Assembly: GCF_016433145.1 (NCBI RefSeq)
Contig: NC_058134.1
Span: 103,878,914-103,942,913, forward strand
DNA length: 64,000 bases
Direction: 5' to 3'
From: Gracilinanus agilis
Taxonomy: Eukaryota
Part shown: piece after piece, positions 61,595 to 64,000 of the stretch
Numbering within the stretch: the first letter of the stretch is position 1
Layout of the letters: every line of letters begins with the position of its first letter
Translations under genes and position numbers: made by a program
The notes under the pieces: model-generated
Database searches by the model: none
What the model was told of the DNA's origin: nothing
Seen by the model: the letters and a program-made list of their open reading frames with translations, nothing else

Positions 61595-64000
61595 ATTAGG
61601 AGAGGCAGAGTGAAGAGGGCAGAGTAAAGGCGAAGACTCACCTAAGATCTTTCAAATATCCCTCCAAACAATTATAAAATAATGTCTCGAATAAAATTTT
61701 GGAGCAATGGAACCAAAAAAAAGTAAAAATGAAATAATTTTTCTGCAAAGGACAACTTAGGAAGTCACCAGGAAAGGTAAGTTTCATTGCACTGGTAGTT
61801 AGAATTGGAGCCTAGTGTGAAGACCAAATAGTGCAGACCCTCAGACCACAAGGCAATTAAACAACTGGTCAAAAGAAGATTTCAGGGGAACCTTTTTTGG
61901 CACTGGATTAGTTCTCTGTCATATTGTTCATATGCTATTCCAAATTTCAGTCTCAGAGTTAAGAGGAGCCCTAGCTCATTGATATCTGGAGCTACAGCAG
62001 AACAAGTGCCTAATCATAGTTCCATAATGGAAATGATTGCTTGTGGTCACTCAAAGACCAGAGCACAGGCCAGGAGAGTAGTGACCACACCTCTCCTTAA
62101 ATCATACAACCACGGAAAACCAAGAACTCCAGAGTTAGTTCTGAAAATAGCAATAAAGAGACTTATGCTTCAGAAGAGTGTCCCCTAAACAGCAGGAGCA
62201 GAGAAAAAATTAAACATAAATAACCTAGAAAAATGAGTAAATAACAAAAGAAGACCCTGATTATAGGAAGTTACTGTCATGACAGGGAAGAACAAAACAC
62301 AAACTCAAAAGGAAGACAATGAAGTCAAAAGAGTTACATGCAATGTTTCAAAGAAAAATGTGAATTGATCAACAGATCAATAAAGAATTACTACTGTAAG
62401 AGATCAAAAGATTTTTAAAAATCGAATGAGAGAAATACAGGGAAAATTGGGAAGGGAAATGAATGTGATGCAAGGAAATTATGAAAAAAGAGTCAATGGT
62501 TTTATAAAGGAAGCACAAAAAGGAAAAAAAAAAGCCTGAAAAAAATAACAACTTAAAAAACAGAATTGGCCAAATGGTATAAAGCACATAAAAATCCAAA
62601 GAAAAAAATAATTTCCTAAAAAAATAAAACTGACCAAATGGAAGAAACTCAAAAGCTCACTGAAGAAAACAATTTCTTAAAATTAGAATTGAGAAAGAGG
62701 AAGCTAATGTCTATATGAAACATGGAGAAACTATTAAAGTCAAAAGATGAAAAAAAAGAACATGTGAAATATGTCATTAAAAATAAACTGGAATAATTCT
62801 TAGTATTTCTGGAAGTTTTCATTTAGTAAAATTTTTTAAAAGGTGATTTGTGGATTCTTTCAATTTTTTAAATTTCCTATTTCTAGGATATTAGGACAGT
62901 TTTTTTGATAATTTCTTATAAGATGATGCTTATGTACTATTTTTGATCAAAGTGAAAACTAACAGGAATATTATAGCTAAATCCCAGAGCTTCCAAGTAA
63001 AGGAAAAAATATTGCAAGAAGCCAGAAAGAAACAATTCAAATATCATGGAGCCACAGTCTAGAAAATTCAAGATTTAGCAATATCTACTTTAAAGGATCA
63101 GAGCAAATAGAATTTGATATTCCTAAGGGAAAGGGAGGTAGGATTACAAAGAAGAATCATCTATGTAGCAAAAATGAATATAATTCTTTAGGGGAAAAAA
63201 GAACTATCAGTGAAAGAGAGTACTTTCAAGTATTACTGATGAAAAAACAGACTCTGAATACAAAATATCACTTTCAAATACAAGCCTCAAGAGAAGCATA
63301 AAAAGGTAAACAGAACAGAGACATCATGAGATTTAATAAGGTTAAACTCTCTATATTTCCACATAGGAGAATGATACTTATAGCTCCTAAGAACTTTATC
63401 ATTATTAGGGCAGTCAAAAAGAGTAAACACATAAAGAACTAACCAGTATAATTTTAATATAATGGAATGATTAAAAATTATATTCAATTAAGAGGTGAGA
63501 AAGAGACATGTGCTAGGAGAAGGGGAAAGAGAGAGGCAGAATGAGGTGAATTATTTCATCTAAAAAAAGTTGTAAATGGATGAGTTTTTACATTGTAGGG
63601 GAAGATAAGGTATAGTAGGCAATATTTATATCCTATTCTCATTAGAATTGGCTCAAAGAGGGAATACCATACATACCTATTTGGATATAGAAATGCCCTA
63701 CATGAAAGAAGGAGGGGGAGATAGAAGATAGGAAGTAAAGGAATACAGGGCAGATGGAAAGAACGATGGCCAGGAAAAAAAACAGATTTTTGAGGAGGGA
63801 TAGGGTAAAAGGAAAGAGAAAGAAGTATTAACAAAGAGAAGAAATAGGACGAAGGGAAATTCACAATTATAAATGAGAATGTGAATGAGATAAACTTATT
63901 TATCAAATAGAAGTGGATTGCAGAGTGGCTTAAAAATTGGAATCTAACAATATGTTATTAATAAGAAACACACTTGAAGCAGATATACGCAAAGAGTAAA
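61595..64000 (+). mobile_element. Older marsupial L1: 5' UTR, decayed ORF1 (about 62230-63310), inter-ORF spacer and start of ORF2 (about 63860 onward), running off the window
   Basis: ORF1 motifs (caggaatattatagctaaatcccagagc...gccagaaagaaacaattc); endonuclease start aatgtgaatg...gattgcagagtgg...aatctaacaatatgt...agaaacacacttgaagcag resembles NVNG...RIAEWIK...PTICCLQETHLK. Confidence 0.88.

Noticed and set aside
63556-63906. 116-aa minus-strand ORF
   Set aside because: Antisense of the purine-rich L1 inter-ORF spacer; F/L/S/P-rich by composition.

Overview
This is AT-rich, CpG-depleted mammalian DNA with two N gaps (15688-15782, 38496-38640). The repeat content points to a marsupial, most likely the opossum Monodelphis: SINE1_Mdo-type CORE-SINEs, MAR1, MIR, marsupial L1, RTE, L2, L3/CR1, hAT and mariner MITEs, and solo LTRs. 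No complete gene is visible. Nearly all listed ORFs are decayed L1/L2/RTE reading frames or chance AT-rich ORFs. A few splice-site-bounded open frames on both strands are candidate exons, but I could not assign them to a gene and some are probably chance. The best-supported unusual structures are local rearrangements: (1) a 112-bp near-perfect inverted copy inserted into an L2 1.8 kb from its source; (2) an L1 whose apparent 13-bp TSD also encloses about 560 bp of non-L1 sequence; (3) a perfect 29-bp-stem hairpin; (4) an internal micro-inversion in L1 ORF1; (5) a 59-bp hAT MITE; (6) a solo LTR with a 6-bp TSD. I found no convincing novel multi-gene system. Repeat family names come from recalled consensus sequences, and boundaries without TSDs are approximate.
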